This document shows positions 49,801 through 60,000 of a stretch of 60,000 nt of DNA, piece by piece. Source of the stretch: Lama guanicoe (lineage: Eukaryota); assembly GCA_013239625.1 (NCBI GenBank), contig MU053934.1, positions 12,621,413-12,681,412 on the forward strand, written 5' to 3'. A model generated the notes under the pieces. The model saw only the letters and a program-made list of their open reading frames with translations, had not been told where the DNA came from and searched no databases. Every line of letters begins with the position of its first letter. The stretch's first letter is position 1. A program made the translations under genes and the position numbers.

Positions 49801-52800
49801 AAATCTCACTGACACTTGTTATTGTCCATTTTTAAAAAATTATACACATTCTAATTGATGTGTTATCTCATTGTGGTTTTGATTTGCATACCCCTAATAG
49901 CTAATAATGCATCTTTCCATGTGCTTATTGGCCATTTGTGTATCTTCTTTGGAGACATGTCAAGTTCTTTGCTCATTTTTAAATTGTTCATAGAATAAGT
50001 TAGGAAATGTTCCTTCCTCTTCTATTTTCTGGAAGAATTTTAGAAGCATTGGTGCTAGTTGCTTTCCATATTGGATAGAATTCGTTAGTGGTGCCCTCTG
50101 ATGCTGGACTTTTCTTTGTTGGGAGATTTGTGATTACTGATCCAACGTCCTCGCTTTCCATAAGGCTGTTTAGATTTTCTATTTCTTCTTGAGTCAGTTT
50201 TGGTAATTTGTGTTTTTGTAGAAAATTTTCCATCTCCTCCAGCTTATCTAATTTGCTGGCGTACAGTGGTTCATAGTATTCTCTTAAATTCTTTTTAATT
50301 CTATAGGACCAATAGTAATACCCCATTTTCATTTCTGATTTTAGTTATTTGTGTCTCTCTTCTATTTTTCTCTCAGTCTAGCTAAATGTTTGCCAATTTT
50401 GTTGATGTTTTCAAAGAAACAACTTTTGATCTCATTGGTTCTGTCCGTGTTTCTATTCTGTCTTTCATTTTGCTCATATAATCTGTGTTATTTCCTTCCT
50501 CTGCTAGCTTTGGGTTTGGTTTGACTTTCTTTTCCTAGTTCCATAAGATATGCAATTAGGTTATTGATTTGAGACCTTTATTCCTTTTTAGTGTAGGTGT
50601 TTACAGCTATAAATTTGTCTCAGTATTGCTTTTGCTGTATCCCATAAGTTTTGGTATGTTGTAATTTTGTTTTTATTTTCTCAAAGTGTTTTCAGTTTTC
50701 CTTATGATTTCTACTTTGACACATTGGTTGTTTAAGAGTGTGTTGTTTAATGTTTCACATATTTGTGAATTTTCCAGTGTTTTTCTGTTCTTAATTTCTA
50801 GCTTCATTACATTGTGATTGAAGAAGATACTTTGTATGATTTCAATCTTTTAAAATTTATTGAGATTTTTTTTGTGTGACTTCGCATATGATCTATCCTG
50901 AAGAATGTTCTTTGTGTTCCATGTGCACTTGAGAATACTGTGTACTCTGCTCTTGTTTTGTGGAGTGTCCTGTATATATCTGCAGGTCTAATTAGTTCAA
51001 GTCTTTTATATTCTTATTGATCTTCTCTCTAGATATTCTATGCATTATTGAAAGTTGGGTGTTGAAACCATAAACATTATTGTAGAACTGTCTCTTTCTC
51101 CAAATATGTCAATGTTTCACATATTTTGATACTCTGTTGTTTGGTGCATATATATTAATAATTGTTAATCTATTTGACTAATTGACACTTTTATCAATAT
51201 ATAATGTCTTTCTCTGTCTCTTGTAACACTTTTAAGTCTATTTTGTCTGACATTAATATAGCTACTTAGCTCTCTTTTGGTTACTATTTACATGAAAAAA
51301 AATCTTCATTTATTCTCTTATTTTAAGCCTACTTGTGTCTTTGGATGCTTTTGTAAACAACATTTAGTTGGATCATGTTTTTTAAATCACCATCTGCTAT
51401 TTAAATAAAGTTTTATTGGAGCTCAGCCACATCATCTGCTTAAATATTGTTTGAGGCTGTTTTCTTGCTGCAGTAGAGTGCTGAGTTCTTGCAACAGGGA
51501 CTGTATGGCTTGCAAAGCCTGAAATGGTTACTATCTGATTCTTTACAGAAGTTTGCCAATCCCTGGTCTAGAAAATCTTTTACAGTTTCTCTGGTTATGG
51601 TCAATTGCAGATGGCCCCATATAGTAGTAGTATGGTGAGATTTGTCACATGTGGTCTGTTCTGTCTCCCCGGAAGCCTGTGGAATGGGCAGTTCCAAGAT
51701 TTGATCTGAGCATTCCCAAGACATTCATTTCGCTGACAGGATAGCTTCTACCCCTGAAGCAGTTTGGTATGTGACCCCCAAATACAGTTTTAGTCATAGG
51801 GTGGCCAGCTGTCCTGGTTTGCCTGGGACTGAGGCAGTTCATGGGACACAGAATTTTACTTTTAAAATCCGGAAAGACTAGGCAAACCAAGATAAGGTGG
51901 TCACCCTATCTAGCTGCTCAGAGTCTCACCTGTGCCCCTCCCCCCCAGTACCATTCAGGGAAACCCCCAGCTACGCGAAGCGGCGGCGGCTGGCTGGCCC
52001 TAGCGGCCTGGCCTCTCCTCGGCCCCTGCAGCGCTCAGCCAGTGACATCAACCTGAAGGGTGAGGTACAGCCAGCAGCTTCTCCAGGACCTTCACTGCGA
52101 AGCCTTCCCCACCAGCTGCTGCTCCAGCGGCTGCAGGAGGAGAAAGACCGGGACCGGGATGGTGACCAAGAAAATGATGTTGGTGGCCCTGCAGCAGTCA
52201 GTGGCAGCCAGAGCAAGATCAGGTAGGAGGTGGCTGGGAGGCCCTGGCAGGGTCTGGGTAGGTGGGATGCTGGAACTGGAGCCAGGAGGAGCCAGCATGG
52301 GGAGGCAGGGAGAGGCCTAGTGGTGCTTGGCGCTTCTGCAGTGATGAGCTGAGGCTTTGAGTCAGGGGGCTCCCAGACCCCCAGATGGGCCTCGCTGGAT
52401 GGGGAAGGGAAGAAGGTGAGGTCCTATGGCCTGGGGCAGTCTCCCCCATGCTGATCTCTGGTTGGAGCTGGACTTGCCCCGAGGACAGTGGGCATCTGGT
52501 GGAGCATGCTGGGAGGAGAGGGTCTGGCCGGACCTGTGGCTTAGAAAGTCTCCTGTAGTCCTAAGGAGGAGGGTGAGTGCTGGGATGGGGCAGGGCTGTG
52601 TGACATGTGGTAAGAGGTTAGGGAACAGAGCCTCCTCTACATACGGGCTCCAAATCTGTATGTGATCCCTAGCCCAGTCCCCAAGGTGGAGTTTTGGTCT
52701 TACCCCCACCCCTCCAGCCCTGTATAACCATAGGACTCCATGGTTCTTCTCTTTACCCCTCACCACAAATGCTGGGACTCTGAGAACCAAGGACATGTGA

Positions 52801-55800
52801 ATGGCTTGGCATTCCCAGAACTTAGAGCAAACAGCCTAGGCTGGAGCCCTACTGAGCTGAGCATGGGGAGTGGAACATAGATGCTGGCTCTGCAGATAGA
52901 CGGTCGGGGTCCAGGGCAGCCATGGCATCTGCTGCCCGTGTGGCCTGGGGCAGACCAGCCAACCACTCTATGCCTGGGTTTCCCAGCAGTAAGGTAGGAC
53001 TGGCCCTACCCAAGATGTTTCCTTCAGGAAGCCTTCTGGAACCTGGGCAGTGAAGGCTCCCTATTGGGATCCCCTGACCTGCAGCACAGGCCAGCCATTG
53101 CTGATTAAGTCATCTCTCCTCCCTGAATCTTGAGGGCGGGAGCTGTCATTCTTGTTTCCTATGATTTCCCCATAGAAGGTGCTCAGGAGACATGTTGAAT
53201 GAAAGTGACTTAAATAACACTTTGTTCTCACAACAACAGCTGAGCTGAGCAGCCTAGTGTGTATCATCTCACTTAACCTTGAACTTATATGAGGCTGTGC
53301 TGTATTTTACAGATGAGGGTCCCAATGCTCAGGTGGGGTGAGTGACTTGTCCAAGGTCACAGAGCTAGGAAGCAGCTTAGGTAGACCCCAAGGAGACCTG
53401 ATTCCCAAATGTACTAAGCCTGAGTGTCTTGCAGTGGGCTTGGGGCACAGGGGAGCTTATAGAAGCCACTTTTTCCTCTGCTCTTGTCCCTGCTCATACA
53501 GCCTTGACTTGTGATGTCTTCTCTGTCTCTCAGTGTCCTTACCCAGACTCCAAGGCTGTCTTCCTGCCCCAGATCACTTCAATTCTCCCCCAAAACTTTT
53601 GCATGGCCCATGGATTTTCTAATGGTGGGATGGCTCAGTGACTAAAAGAACAAACTTTGGGATGTTTCAGTTTTGCAGATGAGCTGCTTCTGAGCTGGTG
53701 GTGTGTGAATGCCCTGGTTTCATTCATATTTTGTATATTCATTAATTTTTTCAGCAAACACAAACTAAGACCTGTTCTGTGCAGGGCTCCAGCTCACTGT
53801 CCTGTGGGGACAGCAGAATTATTATGGTTTTTTCTGACATTTAGTAGTATCCAGAGTGCCAGATGTGGTGGGAGCTAATAGCAGGGGTCCTAAAAGTCTG
53901 AGAAGGACATTGACAGCTGGGGCCCAGGGCTAAGAAGCAGTTAGGTGGGGAGTGATCCAGGTAAGGGAGCCTACCGGTGAGTGGCCAGGAGTGGGCTGAG
54001 GAAGTCTGGCGCAACCTGGAGGGATAGGGTCTGGGGGATGGGGGCAGAGGGAGAGGTCACCTTTGGTGGAAGGAGAGAAAGTGGCATTTGAGCTGCTTTT
54101 GAGGAGGTGGGGGCAGTTCCCCTAGCGCCCCCTGTTGGCCATTGGCAGAGCCTGGCATGAAATGTGGTCACAGAGGTCCACCAGCATCACAGGGCAGGGC
54201 AGAGAAAGGTGGATTTGGAGCTGAGAGACAGTAACTTAACAACTGGCTGGATGAGCAGGATTTGAATAGTTGAGGTGTTGGGAACAGCATCATGAACAGC
54301 CTGGGGAGGAGTAGGAAGGTACCATGTGACTGGAGTGTAGCTAATTCGCAGCCCAGAGAGCCTGGCTGTTGGCTGAGAATGTGAACCTGGTCAGCCTAGA
54401 TACCGGGGAGCCAGTGCAGGCTCTTGAGCAGGGTCAGGCTCGGTGCCCAGGTCGGGGGAGTGGTCCAGGGAAGGTGGTCAGCGTGGAGTGGGCATGAACA
54501 TCAGGGACAGGTGTCCAGGAGGAAAGGACACAGGTCTGGCGGGGGATTTGGGCGCCCAGCACATTCAGCGGTCAGGGTGTGAAGAGGCCAAGGCCCGAGC
54601 TGGAGGGTGGGGTGCGGACTCACTGGGGGAGCCCCTCCTGGCGGTGAGGCGAACCTTCACTGAGGCGGCTTTTCTGATGTCTTAAGCCCCCAGTCCCCTC
54701 TCCAGCTCCCACCTGGCCGCTCTGACCACCGTTCCCGCCTCCCCCTTCCCTGGGCTTCTCTGTTCGACCCCTCCTCCTCCCTCTGCGCACAGTAGTCCTC
54801 TTCGCCCCTGTGGCCTCTCCCGCGTCGGGGCCGCGGCGACCGGGCCGCAGGGGGAGAGGAGGGAGCCCGGCCCGCCGCCTGCAGAGGGAGGAGCCGGGCC
54901 GCGGAGGAGGCGGGGCGCGCGGAGCGGCCGCGGCATGGAGCGAGCCCGGCGCGCCCGGGCGCGCGGCCCCGCTGCCCCGGAGCCCTGAGCGGGCGCGGCT
55001 CGTGCGCTGGCGGGAGNNNNNNNNNNNNNNNNNNNNNNNNNNNNNNNNNNNNNNNNNNNNNNNNNNNNNNNNNNNNNNNNNNNNNNNNNNNNNNNNNNNN
55101 NNNNNNNNNNNNNNNNNNNNNNNNNNNNNNNNNNNNNNNNNNNNNNNNNNNNNNNNNNNNNNNNNNNNNNNNNNNNNNNNNNNNNNNNNNNNNNNNNNNN
55201 NNNNNNNNNNNNNNNNNNNNNNNNNNNNNNNNNNNNNNNNNNNNNNNNNNNNNNNNNNNNNNNNNNNNNNNNNNNNNNNNNNNNNNNNNNNNNNNNNNNN
55301 NNNNNNNNNNNNNNNNNNNNNNNNNNNNNNNNNNNNNNNNNNNNNNNNNNNNNNNNNNNNNNNNNNNNNNNNNNNNNNNNNNNNNNNNNNNNNNNNNNNN
55401 NNNNNNNNNNNNNNNNNNNNNNNNNNNNGGGGTGCGGCGTGGGGCGAGGGGCCTCCTGGGCTGAGAAGGCGCCACTCGGGGGTGGATGGCCGGGCTTCTT
55501 GGCGATCGAGGAAGGGCTGATGCCATTTTGGGGTGTCTCTCATTAGGGGTGTCCGTGGAAACTCTGAGCCTCTGTGGTCATTATGGGATGCGTCTGCCAC
55601 TGGGGATTCCTTGTGTCGCTGTGAAGGGCTCAGTCAGGGAGGGGTGTCTGTGTGGGGTTCCTGTCATGTGGGTCCCTCTCCATCCTCTGTCGTTATGGGT
55701 TCCCTGTGTCACCATAGAGGCTCTTCTCGTCATGGGGGTGTTTCTGTGTCATGATGGGGGCTGGTGTCATTGGGGTTCTCTGTGTTTGTAGGGCCCTGTC

Positions 55801-56616
55801 CCTTCCCTGAATTGTGGGGTTCCTGTGTCACTTCTGAGACTTCTTCATTGGAAACCCTTCTGATACGTGGGGTTTCTGTGCCGTTGTAAGGCGTATCTGT
55901 GACAGTTATATGGGTGTCTGTGATGAGGGGCGCCTGTGCCATAACAGGCTCCTCCCATTTGGGGGGGTCTCTGTCATCATTGGGATCCTGATCTCGTGAG
56001 TGCCCTCTGTCCATGGGAGCCTGAGGAAGAAACAGTTGCAGACATCAACCTTCCATGGTCCATCATGTGACCTAATCCCCTGGCCACAGCATAATGACCC
56101 TGACCTCTTGGCAGAGACCCCTGGGGTGGGCGACAGAGCAAGGATGGGGGTTGGTTCAAGAGGTGGGAGGAGAGGGGTCAGCTGGGTGAGCAGGAGCAGG
56201 GTTGTGGCCCCTGCCTCTGCCTCCTGTCCCCCCTCGAGTGTGTCCATCTGTCAGTCTTTCTGTCCCCCACATGCCCATCCTGTGCTGTGCCCATCTGTTC
56301 TTTTCTCTTTTCTGTGTGGATCCCAAAATCTTCTTAGGAAAAAGCCAGGAAGATGAAGGGAGGGAAAGAGAAAGAGAGAAAGGGCGAAGGGTGGTGGGCA
56401 GAACCTGAGTCTGAGGTGCTGGTGCTGGTGGTGGTGGCGGGAGAAGTGGGCTCTGGCTGCCCTGGTCTACCCTGACAGCCTGTCTGGCTTTTGTCCCTCC
56501 AGTGCTCAGCATTGGGGAGGGCGGTTTTTGGGAGGGAACCGTGAAAGGCCGCACAGGCTGGTTCCCGGCTGACTGCGTGGAGGAGGTGCAGATGAGACAG
56601 TATGACACACGGCACG
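40797..56616 (+). CDS. SHANK3: SHANK3 (SH3 and multiple ankyrin repeat domains 3), 5' partial CDS: join(40797..40859,41202..41405,42260..42331,44256..44364,44440..44591,44686..44853,44952..45068,45446..45523,46464..46530,51949..52222,[exon 11 in N gap],56503..56616...); continues beyond the window
   Basis: MDGPGASAVVVRVGIPDLQQTKCLRLDP... SPN domain, ankyrin repeats (HLDFRTRDGLTAVHCA, DYKDSRGLTPLYHSA, NASGNTALHICA), second half of SH3 (GEGGFWEGTVKGRTGWFPADCVEEV); GT-AG sites with consistent phases. Confidence 0.96.
41202..41405 (+). CDS. SHANK3: SHANK3 exon 2 (SPN domain)
   Basis: KCLRLDPAAPVWAAKQRVLCALNHSLQDALNYGLFQPPSRGRAGKFLDEERLLQEYPPNLDTPLPYLE |gtgagc. Confidence 0.97.
42260..42331 (+). 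CDS. SHANK3: SHANK3 exon 3
   Basis: FRYKRRVYAQNLIDDKQFAKLHTK |gtaagg. Confidence 0.97.
42860..42975 (-). mobile_element. MIR SINE
   Basis: ttattatcccattctgctgatgaagactctgagtcccagg...gtgacttgctc. Confidence 0.7.
44256..44364 (+). CDS. SHANK3: SHANK3 exon 4
   Basis: ANLKKFMDYIQLHSTDKVARLLDKGLDPNFHDPDSG |gtaaga. Confidence 0.97.
44440..44591 (+). CDS. SHANK3: SHANK3 exon 5 (ankyrin)
   Basis: CPLSLAAQLDNATDLLKVLRNGGAHLDFRTRDGLTAVHCATRQRNAAALT |gtcagt. Confidence 0.97.
44686..44853 (+). CDS. SHANK3: SHANK3 exon 6 (ankyrin)
   Basis: TLLDLGASPDYKDSRGLTPLYHSALGGGDALCCELLLHDHAQLGTTDENGWQEVHQ |gtgggc. Confidence 0.97.
44952..45068 (+). CDS. SHANK3: SHANK3 exon 7 (ankyrin)
   Basis: ACRFGHVQHLEHLLFYGADMGAQNASGNTALHICALYNQ |gtgtgc. 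Confidence 0.97.
45446..45523 (+). CDS. SHANK3: SHANK3 exon 8 (ankyrin)
   Basis: ESCARVLLFRGANKDVRNYNSQTAFQ |gtacac. Confidence 0.97.
46464..46530 (+). CDS. SHANK3: SHANK3 exon 9
   Basis: VAIIAGNFELAEVIKTHRDSDV |gtgagt. Confidence 0.96.
48330..48500 (-). mobile_element. MIR SINE
   Basis: tccattttacagaggaggaaactgaggtacagagg. Confidence 0.75.
48900..49042. mobile_element. MER5-type (hAT-Charlie) remnant
   Basis: tgtagattctgacgcagagggtctgggtggagcctgagattttgcatttct. Confidence 0.7.
49051..51565 (+). mobile_element. MER58A-type hAT element split by a ~2.3-kb antisense L1 insertion
   Basis: 5' half tagggcttggcaaac...ccaaatccag (49051-~49105); 3' half taaataaagttttattgg...gtttgccaatccctg (~51402-51565); 8-bp TSD gtctagac / gtctagaa. 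Confidence 0.85.
49190..51400 (-). mobile_element. Antisense L1 (3' UTR plus ORF2 remnant) in SHANK3 intron 9
   Basis: ORF 50000..50332 (-) REYYEPLYASKLDKLEEMENFL...EEIENLN...LPTKKSP is L1 ORF2-like; L1M 3'-UTR motifs at 49190-49980. Confidence 0.9.
51949..52222 (+). CDS. SHANK3: SHANK3 exon 10
   Basis: PFRETPSYAKRRRLAGPSGLASPRPLQRSASDINLKGE...LLLQRLQEEKDRDRDGDQEN...QSKI |gtagga. Confidence 0.96.
53250..53420 (-). mobile_element. MIR SINE
   Basis: attttacagatgagg...gtgacttgtccaaggtcacagagctag. Confidence 0.75.
54123..54141. promoter_or_regulatory. CTCF consensus site
   Basis: Reverse complement TGGCCAACAGGGGGCGCTA matches the consensus TGGCCACCAGGGGGCGCTA at 18 of 19 positions. Confidence 0.75.
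54580..55510. promoter_or_regulatory. SHANK3 intragenic CpG island (intron 10/exon 11), candidate internal promoter
   Basis: CpG-dense flanks on both sides of the gap. Intron-10 promoters (Shank3c-type isoforms) are established in mouse and human. Confidence 0.75.
55017..55428. other. Assembly gap (412 N) expected to hide SHANK3 exon 11
   Basis: Run of Ns inside a CpG island. Exon 10 ends in phase 2, exon 12 starts in phase 1, and the N-terminal half of the SH3 domain is missing. Confidence 0.95.
56503..56616 (+). CDS. SHANK3: SHANK3 exon 12 (C-terminal half of SH3)
   Basis: ctccag| LSIGEGGFWEGTVKGRTGWFPADCVEEVQMRQYDTRH |gtgagt. Confidence 0.96.
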
Positions 56617-59600
56617 GTGAGTGACCCCTGCATCCCCTGGGTGGCTCCCAAGAGGTGCTGCCCCTTCCAGCTTTCCTTAGAGGCAAATCCACATTGACAC
56701 TCCCAGGGAAAAGACTGGAATAAATTGAAACACATTTGAGTTGGGTACAAACATGAGTACATGATAGACATGGCACGTACACACCTCATACTCACCGACA
56801 CGTGTGTGCATCGAGACCCTTGCCAGCTATGGAGACACGTGTGATGTGCCCACAGGATGCACACGTATGAATGTGCACCAATCTGTGATCGTACACGTGG
56901 CTCCTAGTGACCATAACCCGCTCACAAATGGGTCTCACAGAAATACTGGGTACTTGGAGTGCGAGACTCCTGCGTGGCTGGCAGACAAGTAAAGAGGTCA
57001 GTATGAGAAAAGAGGAGTCTTTCCAAAGTGGACAGATTGTCCAAGTGGGCAGTGCAGGGAGGACTGGACCAGCCAAGAGGAAATGAGGCCAGTTGGGCCC
57101 AGAGGGGCTGTCATGGGTGCCCTGGGGTGAGGATGGGCCGATGGCAGCAGGTGAGGGATGATTCCATCCTTAGCCTGCAGGCAGGACACAAGGACAAAGG
57201 CTAGTGCTCCTGGGGTGAGCAACCTCAGTCTGACCCTGCTGAGCACCTGTGCCTCCAGGAGGGACCCCTCTGGGAGTTGGGATCTGAGGTGGTCCTGCCA
57301 GTGGAGAGGAGAGGCTGGTGCTTCCAAGACCCTAGGCCAGGGCTGACTGTGTGCCCTTGCAATGAGCACTTGGGGGTCTCTGGAGGCCCCTAGACCGGCA
57401 GGTATTTCTTCTGGCCTGGAGAGCTGGTAGGACAAGGGAGCCCTCCCGAGTGGTGGCTAGTGGTGGTCACCAGTGGTGTGTCTGGGCCCAGGGTGCATGC
57501 ATCAGTCCTGCTCAGGAAGAGCTCGGGGTTGCTGTGCTCCTTTATCCCGGGTGGAGAGTTTCCCCAGGGAGCCCACCCATGTGTGGCCTGGACTCCTGTC
57601 TGGTGTGGAGCAGGGCAGAGGCCCAGGGAGGCAGGCCTGTGGCAGCTGATCCATTCGTGAGCAGGAGCCTTTACTCCCTTACCTGGCCGTTCACCGCCCT
57701 ACCAGGGCAGCTCTCCTGGTGGCTGGGAGCGTGGGACGGACACGACCCCTGTGGTGTGCCTATGGTGGGTGGGTGGGGTGATGTGTTCAGGTGCGGAATG
57801 GTTTCAGAAGCTTGGGCTCTGGTGCCAGCTGAACAGAGGAGGGGAGGAGAAGAGGGGGCCTCCAGACCTGAGTCAGGAGTGGGTCCTGTGCTCCCCCACA
57901 AAGAGGGCAATGAAGGTTCTGTTTTGAGGGATCCAGGGGCAGTTGGCCCTGAGCCTGAAGCTGCAGAGGAAGGAGGGGAGGTCTGGACTAGAGTTGGGAT
58001 TTGAGAACAGCAATCGTCTATTAGGTGCTTGACGGGTGCTGGACCCTGTGCTGGGAGCCAGAATCACAGAGGCTGGCTGTCAGCCCAGTGAGGAGCAGGC
58101 GTGCACAGGGCTGTGGTAGGCGTGAGCAACGGGGAGCTCCTGGGTTGAAGGAGTCACGGAGGGCTTTAAAGCAGAGGTGTTGTTTGAACTGAGCCTTCCA
58201 GGATGGCTAGGATCATCTAGGTGGTTGGCTGAAGGGGTGGGGAGAGCCTGTCGGCCATAGCATGGCACTGGATTCTAGACCTGCATGTGCAGGCACCCAG
58301 CGGGCTCCAACCAGCGTCAGGATACCTGGCTTGGTTTTAAGCACTTTTACATCTGAGGATTCACTGACTCGTCCCAGCAGGTCTGGGAGATGGGGACAGT
58401 TGTCAGTCCATTTCCAGGAGGGCGGGTTCCCCGGCCCAAGGAGCAGAGTCTTGTTTGCAACGTCAGCAGCAGCTTCAGGGTCTGTGCCACAGCCGCCATG
58501 CATCGCGGGCTCTGGCTGAGTAAACCTGTGTGTGTGTGGGGGGGGGTGGCAGAGCTGGAGTGGGGAGCGTGCGGCTGGTCAGGTGGCTGTGGACCAAGGG
58601 GAAGGACGGTGGGCTTGAAGTCTGTGGCAGTGTCACAGGAGGAGTCCGAGGGAGGTTGTCCTGGTTGTGCCGGTTGTTTTGGGTTAGGGCGACGGCCCAG
58701 GTAGGCCAGAGTGGGGAGATGGAGACGGGGTCGGCAGGGCTGGGACGGAGTCAGGAGAAGGGAGAGGACACAGTGTAACCTGGTGAAGGAGCTGTAGGCC
58801 TTTGGGCAGTTGTGGGGCTCTGAGACAGGGGTGGCTCTGGGGTTTGTCATCTGAAAGTGTCAGAAGGTACCTGGGTGGATGGGAGCAGTTCATGGACGGG
58901 AAAAGGGAGACAGGCCTGTGGGCCTGCCCTCTGGGAGGGGGTGGGAACCACCTCTGCCCTCACCTGCAGGCCCGGCCGCCAGCTGCTCTGGGCAGAGTCT
59001 CTGGTTTGGGACCCAGGGGCTGAGTTCTGCCAGAAGAGAGAGGGCAGCCCAGGAATGGGAACCTGCTTCCAACAGGCCCAGATCCAAAGAAAGATCTGTT
59101 TGTGAGACTGGAGCAGGGACAGAGAGGGACTTAGAGGCCAAGGAGGGGACACTGCCAACACGTGTGGACCAGGCTGATGCCCAGGGTCAGCAGAGAGTGT
59201 GGCTCCCACGGCACCTGTCTAGGGTGAAAGGAGCTGTTGCAGGCGGGGAGGGTTGAGCCGTGAGGGGAGGAAGCGGGGAGATCGGCCCTGTGCATGCTGG
59301 GGGCTGGTATAGGACCCCCCACGCTATGGCCCTGGCTGGCATCCTCTCTCGCCTCCCCTTCTCTTTCCAGGACTTGGGGGTCAAGCTGTGTGTTATTGTT
59401 TTAGCTGACTTTTATGTATCTGATTTAAAAAACTGGAAAATGAATTTGTGTTATATAATAAATATATTTTGTTTAGTCAACAGGATATAAAAACAGGAGG
59501 CCAGTGATCTGTGGAGTGTGTGTGTGGGGTCCTTCTGCAGGCAGGCACTAGGAACATTTCCAAAGTTGGGTCAGTGTGGAGAAGCATGTGATGGGGCAGG

Positions 59601-60000
59601 GAGGGGTCTGTGGCCTCCCTGAGCAGTGACGCGGCCTGCTCTGGCTTTGGGAAAGACAGGACGGTGGGTGCAGGTGCTCTAGAGGGCACGTGAGTGCCTG
59701 GGAGGTGACAGAGTGATAAAGTGACAGGTCATCGGAACCTAGGGGACCCTCCAAGGTGACTTTTCCTGCTCTGTAAGGAAAAGGCCGACAGGACTGTCAA
59801 CATGCTAAGAACCACAAAAGTTAGTATCAGGGTCCCGCAATCTGGATCTGAGGTTTTCTTGACATCTGTGTCTTCTGATGTTTGCAGGAGCTCTTTTGTT
59901 CATCCAGCCACTGCCCTGTCTACTGTTAACATCCATCTGTCCTTTAACTTACCCACCCATCCATCTACTCACCCATCAGCCCACCTAGCAAACCCCATCC

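Noticed and set aside
50000..50332. 110-aa ORF as a possible gene
   Set aside because: Fragment of L1 ORF2 within a degraded antisense L1.
54620..55600. ORFs of 236-326 aa spanning the N run
   Set aside because: Artefacts of translating Ns as X.

Overview
Mammalian genomic DNA orthologous to the human 22q13.33 block. It contains three genes. MAPK8IP2/JIP2 (+) is complete, with 12 coding exons and 821 aa by my splicing. ARSA (-) is complete, with 8 coding exons and 507 aa. SHANK3 (+) is the 5' part only: coding exons 1-10 and 12 are visible, exon 11 is inferred to lie in a 412-nt N gap, and the gene runs off the window end. Three copies of a short tRNA-derived SINE with target-site duplications (TSDs), together with no recognisable Alu/B1/Bov-tA/PRE-1/CanSINE, point to a camelid genome (inference). 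Intergenic and intronic DNA is mostly old L1, L2, MIR, MaLR/ERVL and MER remnants, and nearly all ORF-track entries are spurious GC-rich frames. I see no new protein-coding system. The most interesting non-coding signals are: (1) a ~37-bp-period array of seven split REST/RE1-like motifs upstream of MAPK8IP2; (2) the non-canonical ARSA poly(A) signal AATAAC at the tail of an antisense MIR; (3) an open, conserved N-terminal extension frame of SHANK3 that lacks its ATG at a poly-C run; (4) a CTCF site, CpG island, NAGNAG acceptor and short ORF in SHANK3 intron 10. Repeat-family names and human comparisons are from recognition and memory, not from a database search.
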